37,308 nucleotides of DNA from Archangium sp. (GTDB taxonomy: Bacteria > Myxococcota > Myxococcia > Myxococcales > Myxococcaceae): NCBI GenBank assembly GCA_031367385.1, contig JANLPS010000400.1, positions 1 to 37,308 of the forward strand, written 5' to 3'. The notes below the pieces were generated by a model, which saw nothing but the letters and a program-made list of their open reading frames with translations, was not told the DNA's origin and did not search any database. The position numbers and the translations under genes were made by a program. Numbering within the stretch: position 1 is the first letter of the stretch; every line of letters begins with the position of its first letter. This document shows, piece by piece, positions 8,285 through 17,401 of the stretch.

Positions 8285-9802
8285 ATGTGGGTGGCTCTGC
8301 TCCTGCTGGCAGGCTGCCCCGAGCGCGTTTCAGGCGGCGCCCGAGCGGTGGTGTCGTTTAGCCGCCTCGCACCCGGCCCGGCCTGCATTCGCGTCGCAGC
8401 GACCGACACCGAGACGCTCGGAGCGCTGATCACCCTGCGCTCCAGCACTGACGTGTCGATCTCCGACCTCGGGGTGATGGGGCAAATCGTCGTCGGCGTG
8501 GGCCGTGGCACCGACTGGTCGAACGAGATGGAGATTCGCGCCTCGCTCTTCATCGGCGGCTGCACCAACGGCACCCCAAACACCACTGACAGCGTTCGCT
8601 TGACCCTCGAAGAGAATGAGCTGCCCACCGTCACGCTGGCGCTCAACCAAGCGCCTCCTGACGCGGGGGCGGGTGATGGCGGGCTGACCGACGCAGGCCC
8701 CAGGCCCGACGCTGGCGCCGATGCCGGCAGCGACGCGGGCCCGTTCGATTCAGGGGTGGTCGACGGCGGCGCCATCGACTCCGGCGCAGGCCCGGGTGAT
8801 GCGGGCATGCCCGACGCCGGGCCCTTCGACGCAGGCGGCATCGATGCGGGCGTCTTCGATGCCGGCCCCAGCTGCAGCGGCGCGTTCGTCGGCCTGCCGT
8901 CGCCGTTGAACAACACGTTTTACGACGTGGCGATGTTCGACTCCAACATCGCGATGCTCTCGGGCCAGAACGGCAACCTCTACGCGATCATCTCCGATGG
9001 CGGCACCGAGCGCTGGAGCGACGTGAAGTGCATCGGCGAGCTCAAAGCGATTTGGGTCAAGGGGCGCACCCAGGTCTTCGTCGCCTCGAACGTGGGGCAG
9101 CTGCAGCGCTTCAACTCGGCCGGCAATTGCACGCCCGGCATCGCGACCCTGGCCTCGGGTCAACCGACCTCGATGGCGACCTACGGGCTGGGCACGACCA
9201 CCCGGCTGTGGGTGGGGGCAACGGCGCCTCCAGGCATCACCAAGCTCGAGATCAACGACCAGGGTGGAGCAGTTGGCACGCCGGGCACGTACGCCCCGAT
9301 GTCGGGTCTGCCCAACAACGACAGCCAGGTGCTCGACATGGCCGGCACCAGCGATACCAACGTGTACGCCGTCGGGTACGGCAGCAACGGCAAGGGTTTC
9401 ATTCTCAAGTTCGACCCCGCGATGGACGAGTGGAGGGCGCTCGATTTGAAAGACAACACCATCGGGCACTTGCAGGCCATCGGCTTCGCGAGCCCCACCT
9501 CCGGGTTCGCCGGTGGCCAAGAGTTCTTGGTCTACGACGGGACGAAGTGGACCAAGAGCGCCAAACCCAACTTCGAGATCTTCGGGCTCAAGGTGTTCTC
9601 ACCGACCAGCGTGATGGCGGTGGGCTCAGAAGCCAACGGCGTCTACGGCATCGCCATTTGGAATGGGGTCGCCTGGTCGCAGGTCGGAGCGGTCTCGCAC
9701 CCTGGCGGCGCGAACTTGAGCCACGTCGATGGCACCAGTGTGTGTGACGCCTGGGCCGTGGGCCCGCTCTCGGCCATCGCCACCTCGAACGACCGGCCGT
9801 AA
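8285..9802 (+). CDS. Putative lipoprotein with DAG-repeat linker and C-terminal beta-propeller-like domain
   Basis: Lipobox LLAG-C, many DAG/DGG/DSG motifs, repeats of the type NVYAVG, SVMAVG, DAWAVG, YDGTKW, WNGVAW. Alternative GTG start at 8264. Confidence 0.75.
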   Translation: MWVALLLLAGCPERVSGGARAVVSFSRLAPGPACIRVAATDTETLGALITLRSSTDVSISDLGVMGQIVVGVGRGTDWSNEMEIRASLFIGGCTNGTPNTTDSVRLTLEENELPTVTLALNQAPPDAGAGDGGLTDAGPRPDAGADAGSDAGPFDSGVVDGGAIDSGAGPGDAGMPDAGPFDAGGIDAGVFDAGPSCSGAFVGLPSPLNNTFYDVAMFDSNIAMLSGQNGNLYAIISDGGTERWSDVKCIGELKAIWVKGRTQVFVASNVGQLQRFNSAGNCTPGIATLASGQPTSMATYGLGTTTRLWVGATAPPGITKLEINDQGGAVGTPGTYAPMSGLPNNDSQVLDMAGTSDTNVYAVGYGSNGKGFILKFDPAMDEWRALDLKDNTIGHLQAIGFASPTSGFAGGQEFLVYDGTKWTKSAKPNFEIFGLKVFSPTSVMAVGSEANGVYGIAIWNGVAWSQVGAVSHPGGANLSHVDGTSVCDAWAVGPLSAIATSNDRP

Positions 9803-9807
9803 TACAG

Positions 9808-11004
9808 TCAGAGCCAGTGCCTCGCCTGGTACGCGAGCCAGCCCAACAACCGCTCAAACCACCCGTACCCGCGCACCGTCTCGAGGGTGATGCGCTGGCA
9901 CTGCTCGAGGTCTTGCAAGAACATCTGCTCGACCGCCGCCGCGAGCCTGCGATCGTGAAACACCGCGTTCACCTCGAGGTTCTGCCGCAGCGAGAGCGAG
10001 TCGAGGTTGGCCGAGCCCACCGTCGACCAGGTGGTGTCGACCACTGCGGTCTTGGCGTGCAGCACTCGCCCCTGCCACTCGTAGACCTCGACCCGGTTTT
10101 TGAGCAGGCGGCCGTACAACCCCCGCGCGGCGAAGAGCAGCATCTTCACGTCAGTGGTGGCCGCCAAGATGACCGCGACCCGCACGCCCCTGCGCGAGGC
10201 CCGAACCATCGCCTTGAGCACCTTCGAGGGCGGCAAGAAGTAGGCGTGGGTCAGAAAGATGGTCTGCTTCGCGCGGGCGAAGGCCTCGAGGTACGCCTTG
10301 CGAATGTCTTTGCGGTCGAGCGAGAAGTCGTTGCCGATGATTCGAATGCGCTCGCAGCCCGCCACCCGAGGCCGGCGAAAGCGCTCGAGCAGCGGCTCGG
10401 GGCCTCGGTTTCGCTTCCACGTGTTCAAGAAGAGGCGCTCGAGGGCCTGCGCCGAGGGGCCGACGATGCGAACGTGGGTGTCTCTCCAGCCGCGGCCGCC
10501 GTCGGCGACGCTGGCGTAGTCGTCGCTGATGTTGAGCCCGCCGGTGAAGCCGATGACGCCGTCGACGATGAGGGCCTTGCGGTGGTTGCGGCGAAAGGCG
10601 CGCACCACGATTCGGCCCATCGAGCCTGTTATCTTGAACGGCCGAAACGGCAGCACTTTGACCTTGGCGTCGTGCAGGGCGGCCAGGCTCCCGCTCGAGA
10701 CCGTCGAGCCCCAGGAGTCGAACATCAGCAGCACCTCGACCCCCGCCTCGGCCTTGCGCTGCAAAGCGTCGAGAAAGCGCCGGCCAGTCAGGTCGTCGCG
10801 AAGAATGTAGGTCTCGAGGCAAATGGTGCTGGTGGCGGCCTCGATGGCGTCGAGCATCGCCGGGTAGGCTTGGGCACCGTCACGCAGCAGGGCCACGCGG
10901 TCGGGCCCCAGCGTGAATTCGCCGAAGGGCGCCCACTCTTCTCGGGTGGCCCACGGTCGGGGCGGTTGGAGCGTTGGGGCGGCCACGGGCGGGCACCGTA
11001 GCAT
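9808..11004 (-). CDS. clsB: Cardiolipin synthase / phospholipase D family (ClsB-like, no N-terminal TM)
   Basis: Two HKD motifs (RNHRKALIVDG, LHAKTAVVD), plus GGLNI, WRDTH and GSANLD. Confidence 0.88.
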   Translation of the reverse strand: MLRCPPVAAPTLQPPRPWATREEWAPFGEFTLGPDRVALLRDGAQAYPAMLDAIEAATSTICLETYILRDDLTGRRFLDALQRKAEAGVEVLLMFDSWGSTVSSGSLAALHDAKVKVLPFRPFKITGSMGRIVVRAFRRNHRKALIVDGVIGFTGGLNISDDYASVADGGRGWRDTHVRIVGPSAQALERLFLNTWKRNRGPEPLLERFRRPRVAGCERIRIIGNDFSLDRKDIRKAYLEAFARAKQTIFLTHAYFLPPSKVLKAMVRASRRGVRVAVILAATTDVKMLLFAARGLYGRLLKNRVEVYEWQGRVLHAKTAVVDTTWSTVGSANLDSLSLRQNLEVNAVFHDRRLAAAVEQMFLQDLEQCQRITLETVRGYGWFERLLGWLAYQARHWL

Positions 11005-11196
11005 CGAGCCCCCGCAGGCCCTCGCAGAGGTTCAGGCCTGGTGGGGAAATGAGGGCAAAGAGGGCTGGGCGAAGGTCTTCGGGGCATCGGGCGAAAACAG
11101 GCGAAACGCTTGGCAGTATGCGAACGTGGTCAAGGGAGACCTTGAGGGAGCGGGCGCAGGCATCGCGCCATTCGCATCGCCTTTTTAGGAAAACGA

Positions 11197-12906
11197 ATGA
11201 GTACGGCTGAAAACCGAAAATCGCCCCGCGTCAACGCGCCCCACGTCTTGGTGAAGATCTCGAGCCGCGACCGCTTTCGCAGCTCCTATTTGAAAGACCT
11301 CTCGGAGGGCGGGCTGTTCGTCAAGACCGACAAGGCGCTCCCGTCGGGCGCCGAGCTGGTGATCGACCTGCTCCCCCCAGGGTGGACCGATACGCTGCGG
11401 CTCAAAGGCGTCGTGGTGCGCTCGCAGAGCACTCCGGGCAACGCCGGCATGGCGGTGCGGTTCGAGAACAATGAAGAAGCCTCGATGGAGGTGCTGCGCA
11501 CGCTGGTCAACGACTACCAGAGCGGCGCGAGCCCTCCCGAGGTCAGGGGCGAAGACGCGCATGAGCAGCTGCAGCGGGTGCTGGGCCAGGTCGCCGAGTT
11601 CAAGAACTCGCTCGAGAAGCGCGAGAACGAGCTGCAGAGCGAGAAGGCGCGGCGCGAAGAGGCCAGCAAAAAGGTCGCCGTGCTGCAGGCCGAGCTCGAG
11701 ATCGCCAAGAGCCTCGGGGGCAGCGGCCCGCCGCTCGACACCTCGTCGCGCCTCAAGGAGCTCGAGACCGAGCTTGCGACCTCGCAGCACGAAGAGATGG
11801 AGCTGCGCACCCGGCTCGCCGAGGTCGAAGGCGAGGTGGAGGCGTTCAAGCACGAGGTCGAGACACTCGAGCAAGACGACTCCACCAGCCGTCGGCTCGC
11901 GGGGGGGTTGGCCAAAGAGAAGGCCGACCTGCAAGCCGAGAACGGCAAGCTGAGCAGCCAGCTGGCCGAGACCAGGCAGAAGCTCAAAGAGACCGCGCGG
12001 CAAGCCGAAGAGCACGCGGGAGCGCTCGAGAGCCAGGGCCAGAACGAGCGGCTGCTGACCGAGAAGTTGCGGCTGGTGACGACCGAGGCCGACGACCTGC
12101 GGTTGCGGGCGAGCGAGCTCGAGGGGCGCACCCAAGAGCTCGAGTCGGCCCATGCGGCGGCGACGGCCAAGGCCGAGCGGCTCGAGCACGAGGTGGCGCA
12201 GCTGCGCGGTGAGCTGACCGCGACCACCAAGCGAGCGGTGAGCGCCGAAGCGGCGGCGAAAGACGCGCAGGGCAAGGCCGAGCGCAGCAAGCTCAAAGAG
12301 CGCGAGCTTCGAGAGCTGATGCAGATGGTGACGAACAAGTCTCCGGCGGCGGCGCCTTCGGGTGGCGATGACGTGGTCGAGTTCGATGAGCGGCCCTCGG
12401 CGGCTTCGCCTTCGTCGACCTCGCCTTCGGTGATCGTCTCGACGGTCGAGAGCTTCACCGACCTCGAGGTGCCGTCGTCGATGCCCTCGGTGGCCATTTC
12501 TTTCGACAGCAGCGAGTCGAGCGCGGTCGAAGAGCCGGCGATGCCTTCAGGCATTGAGCTCTCGGTCGACGTTGACGTCGAAGAATCGCCGCCTCCCCCA
12601 CCTGATGAGTCGCCGCCGCCGCCTCCGCCAGAAGCGCTCGAGCCTCAAGCGCCCGCGGTCGATCGCTCGACCTTCGAGAAGCGGCTGCGCGGCAACGAGC
12701 CGTTGGGCAAGACCGACCGGTTCGACAGCCATTCGCCGCGTGATGATCGCGAGCGCAGCGTGTTGGGCTTGCTGCAGGCCGGCGGGCGGTTTTCAGAGCT
12801 GATGGTGCTCGGGCGAGGGGTCGTCGCTCCGGCCGAGCTGATCGACGCGCTCTACACGCTGCTCTCGGCGAACGTGGTGAAGTTCGAAGAGCCGAAGCCG
12901 AAGTGA
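11197..12906 (+). CDS. PilZ-domain protein with long coiled coil, acidic/Pro-rich linker and small C-terminal domain
   Basis: RKSPR (RxxxR) and DLSEGG (D/NxSxxG) c-di-GMP motifs, GMAVRF, then ~270 aa of heptad-rich E/K/L/A sequence. AGGA RBS. Confidence 0.85.
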   Translation: MSTAENRKSPRVNAPHVLVKISSRDRFRSSYLKDLSEGGLFVKTDKALPSGAELVIDLLPPGWTDTLRLKGVVVRSQSTPGNAGMAVRFENNEEASMEVLRTLVNDYQSGASPPEVRGEDAHEQLQRVLGQVAEFKNSLEKRENELQSEKARREEASKKVAVLQAELEIAKSLGGSGPPLDTSSRLKELETELATSQHEEMELRTRLAEVEGEVEAFKHEVETLEQDDSTSRRLAGGLAKEKADLQAENGKLSSQLAETRQKLKETARQAEEHAGALESQGQNERLLTEKLRLVTTEADDLRLRASELEGRTQELESAHAAATAKAERLEHEVAQLRGELTATTKRAVSAEAAAKDAQGKAERSKLKERELRELMQMVTNKSPAAAPSGGDDVVEFDERPSAASPSSTSPSVIVSTVESFTDLEVPSSMPSVAISFDSSESSAVEEPAMPSGIELSVDVDVEESPPPPPDESPPPPPPEALEPQAPAVDRSTFEKRLRGNEPLGKTDRFDSHSPRDDRERSVLGLLQAGGRFSELMVLGRGVVAPAELIDALYTLLSANVVKFEEPKPK

Positions 12907-12911
12907 CTGTG

Positions 12912-12982
12912 AAAAAGGGGACAGGCTACTTTATTGCTGAGTGCCTGAGGGCCTGGCCAATAAAGTAGCCTGTCCCCTTTTT
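12912..12982. repeat. Perfect 25-bp inverted repeat (REP/MITE-like; probable bidirectional terminator)
   Basis: AAAAAGGGGACAGGCTACTTTATTG (12912-12936) and CAATAAAGTAGCCTGTCCCCTTTTT (12958-12982), 21-nt loop, between convergent stops. Confidence 0.85.
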
Positions 12983-12986
12983 TCTC

Positions 12987-14159
12987 CTACGGCCGAATTG
13001 CGTAGCCGACGAAGCCGTTGGTGCTCTCGACCAGAGGAAATTGCTGCTGCCAGGCGGTGCCATCGACCGAGGTGTGCGCGCGCATGCGGTGCAGGTTGTA
13101 ATCGTACGAGTACCCCACGAAGCGGCCTGCGCCGTACGCCGTGGTGTTCATGTACGCGGGGTTCGGCCCCGTGGTCGCCAGGGCCTGCCACGCGGTACCG
13201 GTGCTCGAGGTGAACACCCCGTTGCTCGTCATCGCGTAGAAGCGCGTGCCGTCGTGCAAGATGTTGCGAACCTCACCCAGCGCGGCGTCGGGGAAGTCTT
13301 GCCAGCTGATGCCGTCGGCGCTCCTCTGCACCAGGTCTTTCCCTCCGGCGTAGTAGGCCCCTTGCAGCCAGGTGATGATGTTGTTCGCGGGGTTGTTGAA
13401 GGAGTCGTTCGTCCACACCTTGCCGTCGACGGTGAGAGTGCGCCGGCCTCCGTCACCGTACGCGATGAACTTGCCGCCGCCGAACATCAATGCCCGATAC
13501 GCGCCGTTCGGAGCGGGAAACGAGAAGTTCGCGGCGGGCCAGGTGACGCCGTCGGCCGACCACACCCGCAACCCGTAGCCACCCGCGCCGACCCAGACGC
13601 CGTTGCCATACGCGACTCCGCCCAGCCAATTCTTGCTGGGCACGCTGTGGTCAGCCCAGTGCAACCCGTCGTACGAGAGCATGATGCGCGCGGTTGACGA
13701 GCCTCCGACCGCGAGCAGCTTGCCGTCGCCCGAGGCCATCGACCGAATGAGAAAGTTGTCGTCTCCGCCTGGGGTCTCGAGCTCGCAGACGGTCTCCCAG
13801 GCGAGGCCATCGTTCGAGATGGCGATGAGCGAGCCGTACCCGCCGCCGACGAACAAGGGTGTCACCGCAGGGTCGGTGTGAAGAGTGCGCGCGCCTCCGT
13901 CGGGCGTGCAGGCGATGGCCGTGATGGGCGGAAAACCGGCGTCGATGATGGCGGGCCCAGCATCGGCGCGACCCGCATCGGTGTCGATGGTGCCTGAGTC
14001 GGTGGTGCCCGCATCGAAGACCGTGGGGCCCGAGTCGGTGGTGGCCGCACCTGAATCGAGCGCGTCAGAACCTGAGTCGGAGGCGCTCACATCGGACGCC
14101 TCGCCTCTGCACCCGGCAAAGACGAGCGACGAAACGCAGAGCACGAAGAGGCGCGTCAT
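12987..14159 (-). CDS. Putative lipoprotein with DAG linker and BNR/Asp-box beta-propeller
   Basis: Lipobox VFAG-C. Seven SxDGxxW-type boxes (SNDGLAW, SYDGLHW, SADGVTW, TVDGKVW, SADGISW, SSTGTAW, SVDGTAW). Confidence 0.8.
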   Translation of the reverse strand: MTRLFVLCVSSLVFAGCRGEASDVSASDSGSDALDSGAATTDSGPTVFDAGTTDSGTIDTDAGRADAGPAIIDAGFPPITAIACTPDGGARTLHTDPAVTPLFVGGGYGSLIAISNDGLAWETVCELETPGGDDNFLIRSMASGDGKLLAVGGSSTARIMLSYDGLHWADHSVPSKNWLGGVAYGNGVWVGAGGYGLRVWSADGVTWPAANFSFPAPNGAYRALMFGGGKFIAYGDGGRRTLTVDGKVWTNDSFNNPANNIITWLQGAYYAGGKDLVQRSADGISWQDFPDAALGEVRNILHDGTRFYAMTSNGVFTSSTGTAWQALATTGPNPAYMNTTAYGAGRFVGYSYDYNLHRMRAHTSVDGTAWQQQFPLVESTNGFVGYAIRP

Positions 14160-14171
14160 CAAGACAGCACC

Positions 14172-15443
14172 TTAGCGGCAGGCGCTCGCGGGGAGTGTGC
14201 CGCTGACGATGTTGCCGATCGGGTGCCCGCCGGGAAAAGCCTGGCTGCTCAGCTGCGACCACGTGATGCCGTCGGTGCTTCGATAGGCGTGCTGCTGCTC
14301 GTAATACCCGCCCCAGTTGTTCGGTATCGAGACGAAGGTACCAGTGGGGCCGCGGGCGACCGGGCCTCGCGTCGCTCCCGCGTTCGAGACCGGAGTGCTC
14401 ACCCAGGTCACCCCATCGGCGCTCGTCAGCTTGTTGCCCTTGGCGAAGGTGATGAATTGCCCATCAGCGAAGAAGAGCCCCTGCCAGTCGTAGCCGTCGT
14501 CGGGGCCGGTGTAGGCCGCCTTGCCCTGCCAGGTCTTGCCTTCGTCGAGCGAGTAGGCCTGGTAGGCGACGAGGTCGTTGTTGCTGTCGCGCCGTGAGCT
14601 GAGCGTCACCAGCCGGCCGTTGCCTTCGGCGACTTTCACGTTGCGGGCCCACTGCACGCCATCGTTGAGCGTGACGAGAAACCAGCTCCTGCCTCCGTCG
14701 CGGCTGAACATGCCGGCGGCGGGGTCTCCGGAGACGGCGATGTTTTTGCCGAACCGCGCGATGACGCGGGTGTCGAAGTAGCCGCCAGGTATCGCGGAAC
14801 TCGTGTTCGCCCAGGTCTTGCCGAAGTCGGTCGACCCCGGCCATTGCCCCGCGGCCCAGAGCAAGAACCCGTCGACGTACGAGACGCCCGAGCCCCAGCT
14901 GTTGTCGTTGATGATGTCCCACGTCACGCCGTCGCGGCTGGCGCGAACGGTGCCGCTGTAGCCGTGACCGAAGCTCGCGAACAACCAGCCGTCACCCGAG
15001 TCGCTGCCGGCGGCCGAGGTCGGTTGGTGGTCGCACTCGACGAAGTTGGGGCCAGTGACCCAGCACAAGCCGCCGTCGCTGTCGGAGCGATCGTGAACCC
15101 ACGTCTTGCCGTCGTCACACGAGATGATGGTGCGGCCCAGGTGGCCTTGGGCGAGAAAGACTGGCACCAGGCCGTTGCCTGCGTCGACCGGTGACGAGCC
15201 GGCGTCGACGGGGGCGGTGCCGGCGTCAGTGGCCCCTCCGTCGAAGGTGACGGCAGCCGTGCCGGAGTCGACCGCTTGCCCCGCGTCTGGGGAGCCGCTG
15301 GGGGCACCGCTGTCGCTGGCGGGGGTCTGCTCCTCCATCGAGCCGACGAGGCCTGAGCAGCCAGCGGTGCAAGTCACCAGAATTGCGATGAAAGTCGGTT
15401 TGATGAGGGGCTCCACAGTGAGTTTGAAGGCCGAGCCTGTCAC
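14172..15443 (-). CDS. Putative lipoprotein with DAG linker and BNR/Asp-box beta-propeller
   Basis: Lipobox-like TAG-C. Seven Asp-boxes (SCDDGKTW, SRDGVTW, STDFGKTW, SRDGGRSW, SLDEGKTW, SADGVTW, STDGITW). Start uncertain (GTG 15443 or 15416). Confidence 0.78.
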   Translation of the reverse strand: MTGSAFKLTVEPLIKPTFIAILVTCTAGCSGLVGSMEEQTPASDSGAPSGSPDAGQAVDSGTAAVTFDGGATDAGTAPVDAGSSPVDAGNGLVPVFLAQGHLGRTIISCDDGKTWVHDRSDSDGGLCWVTGPNFVECDHQPTSAAGSDSGDGWLFASFGHGYSGTVRASRDGVTWDIINDNSWGSGVSYVDGFLLWAAGQWPGSTDFGKTWANTSSAIPGGYFDTRVIARFGKNIAVSGDPAAGMFSRDGGRSWFLVTLNDGVQWARNVKVAEGNGRLVTLSSRRDSNNDLVAYQAYSLDEGKTWQGKAAYTGPDDGYDWQGLFFADGQFITFAKGNKLTSADGVTWVSTPVSNAGATRGPVARGPTGTFVSIPNNWGGYYEQQHAYRSTDGITWSQLSSQAFPGGHPIGNIVSGTLPASACR

Positions 15444-15524
15444 CGAAGCTCACGGCCTTGAGCGCACTGGTGAGCACATCTGTTTACGTGTGGTGACCTC
15501 TGAACGCGGCACATACAAGGCGGC

Positions 15525-16520
15525 ATGCACTCACGAATGGAGCTGGTGAAGGGCCGCTCGGCGAAGTTTTGGGAAGTGACCCAGACCGGTGCCGACGTCA
15601 GCGTGACCTTCGGTCGAATTGGCACCAAGGGTCAGGTTCAGCGACGCTCGTTCGACGACGCGGCCGCCGCGGCAATTGATGCGACGAAGCAGATGGCCGC
15701 GAAGCTGAAGAAGGGCTACCGCGCGGTCAAGGCCGCTCCCAAGGCGGCCTCCGATTTTCCGTTTCTGTTCTTGGGTCAGGGTTTTGGCGAGAGCTTCCGG
15801 TGCCTCGAGTGCTTCGCGTGGTTTCACAAGGCGCCGACGGCTGCCCAGCGAAAGACCATTGCTGCACTCATCCCGTTGCCGGTGACTTCGTTCGTCAGGT
15901 TCGAAGGCGACCTGCTGAACTTCGGCAGCGCCGATGACCTCGAGGTGCGTGTCAACGCGCGCTACGCACCGGAGAACGCGACCACACCGTACGCTCAGGC
16001 GCTCCGAGAAGTGTCGGCCGCTGCGGAGGCCGCTGACTTCGATGAAGAGGTCATCAACCCAAAGACCAAGACGTGGAAGGCATTTTGTGCCGACTTCGAG
16101 CGCGCTGCGGTTGCGATTCACGCGGTGGCTCCGCTGCGGTTGATGCTGAAGCCGAATGATCAAGGCACGAAGGGCGGTGACTGGCAGCGCTGGTCATTGC
16201 TTGAATCGCACCAGTTCGCGCAGTGGTGCTTGGCCGAGCATCGCAAACCTGGCCCGATGACGATGGCGACCCTCAACATCATGCAAGACGTGCTCGAGGC
16301 GCCCGCGACGATCAAGCGGCTCTCACCGAAAGCCAGAAGCACGTGGCTGCAGTGGCTCGATGTCACCCGCAGCAAGGGGCCCAGAGACACGCGAGACGAT
16401 GTCGAAGAATTCGCGTCGGCGCTGTTCGACGCCCTATCGAAAGAAGAGCGGGCAGAGGTTCTCCCCCGGGTATCGAAGGGCCTCCAGGCGCTCTTCGCTG
16501 AAGACCTCGCGGAAGACTGA
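15525..16520 (+). CDS. WGR-domain protein with uncharacterised C-terminal region
   Basis: N-terminal ELVKGRSAKFWEV...VTFGRIGTKGQ...KLKKGY is a typical WGR domain. Alternative ATG at 15537. Confidence 0.82.
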   Translation: MHSRMELVKGRSAKFWEVTQTGADVSVTFGRIGTKGQVQRRSFDDAAAAAIDATKQMAAKLKKGYRAVKAAPKAASDFPFLFLGQGFGESFRCLECFAWFHKAPTAAQRKTIAALIPLPVTSFVRFEGDLLNFGSADDLEVRVNARYAPENATTPYAQALREVSAAAEAADFDEEVINPKTKTWKAFCADFERAAVAIHAVAPLRLMLKPNDQGTKGGDWQRWSLLESHQFAQWCLAEHRKPGPMTMATLNIMQDVLEAPATIKRLSPKARSTWLQWLDVTRSKGPRDTRDDVEEFASALFDALSKEERAEVLPRVSKGLQALFAEDLAED

Positions 16521-16534
16521 AACCCTGACTTGGC

Positions 16535-17170
16535 GTGGCGGTTGCTTTTGAGGCTGCGGTGCACCGCCGACGTCGTCTTCTGGCCACGCTCTGTGGTCTG
16601 TTCGCCATGGGAGTCTGCGTGAGCGCCGCCCACATCGACCACTTTGGGACGACCGAGACCGCCACTGCGGCCGGTGCGATCGTCGTGCTGGGCGCGCGGG
16701 TTCAAGAAGATGGGCAACCCTCGCCGACGCTGCGTGCGCGTGCGCGACAAGGGGCAGCGCTGTATGCGGCTGGGCTCGCCCCGCTCGTCATCTTCTCTGG
16801 TGGCATCGGAGACTTCGCCCCTTCTGAGGCCTCGGTCGCCGCAAAGGTCGCGATTGACGCCGGAGTGCCAGCGGAGCGGTGCGTGCTCGAACAAGACAGC
16901 CACTCCACGCGTGAAAATGCGCGATTCACCGCGAAAGTGCTGCGCGAACGGGGCATTACGGAGGTGATTCTGGTCTCAGACCCGTACCACCTGTATCGCG
17001 CGCGCTGGTTGTTCGAACGAGAGGGCTTGACCGTCACGACCAGCCCCGCACTCGAAGCCGAGAGGCACCGCTCCTGGTCGTTGCGCGCGATGTGGACAGT
17101 GCGAGAAGTGGCCTCACTCGTGAAGGATGTGGTGATGACCTCCGTGATCGACCGCTTCACGGCGCCGTGA
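16535..17170 (+). CDS. YdcF/DUF218 (SanA/ElyC-like) family protein
   Basis: N-terminal TM, IVVLGA, IFSGG, SEA, LEQDSHSTRENA, VSDPYHLYRA. Confidence 0.87.
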   Translation: MAVAFEAAVHRRRRLLATLCGLFAMGVCVSAAHIDHFGTTETATAAGAIVVLGARVQEDGQPSPTLRARARQGAALYAAGLAPLVIFSGGIGDFAPSEASVAAKVAIDAGVPAERCVLEQDSHSTRENARFTAKVLRERGITEVILVSDPYHLYRARWLFEREGLTVTTSPALEAERHRSWSLRAMWTVREVASLVKDVVMTSVIDRFTAP

Positions 17171-17371
17171 GGCAGGTGCTCACCCCATGAGTGCCGGCTT
17201 CACTGTGGGCTGAAGGCGCAGGTCACCCCATGTGCACTGGCCTCTGGTTGGTCTGAAGCCATCGGTCTGGGCGTGAGGAGGCTCTTCAACCCGGTTTGAA
17301 GCCGGAGCTCGCGGCGTAAGTGCCCGATGGCGTTGGTGAAAATACCGAAATGAAGGCGTGAATAAGCGATT

Positions 17372-17401
17372 CGACCTCCCGTCAGAGGCTCCAGGAGGTC
17401 G
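17372..17401 (+). promoter_or_regulatory. Hairpin sequestering the Shine-Dalgarno of the 17407 gene
   Basis: CGACCTCC (17372-17379) is the exact reverse complement of GGAGGTCG (17394-17401), which contains the GGAGG RBS. Confidence 0.5.

Noticed and set aside
11040..11110. c-di-GMP-I (GEMM) riboswitch upstream of the PilZ gene
   Set aside because: GGCAAA is present, but the GNRA-capped P2 and the following GACGCAAAGC-type element are missing.
17300..17345. c-di-GMP-II riboswitch (GGGCACTT on the minus strand)
   Set aside because: The pseudoknot partner and flanking conserved elements are not at the expected spacing, and the orientation is opposite to the downstream gene.
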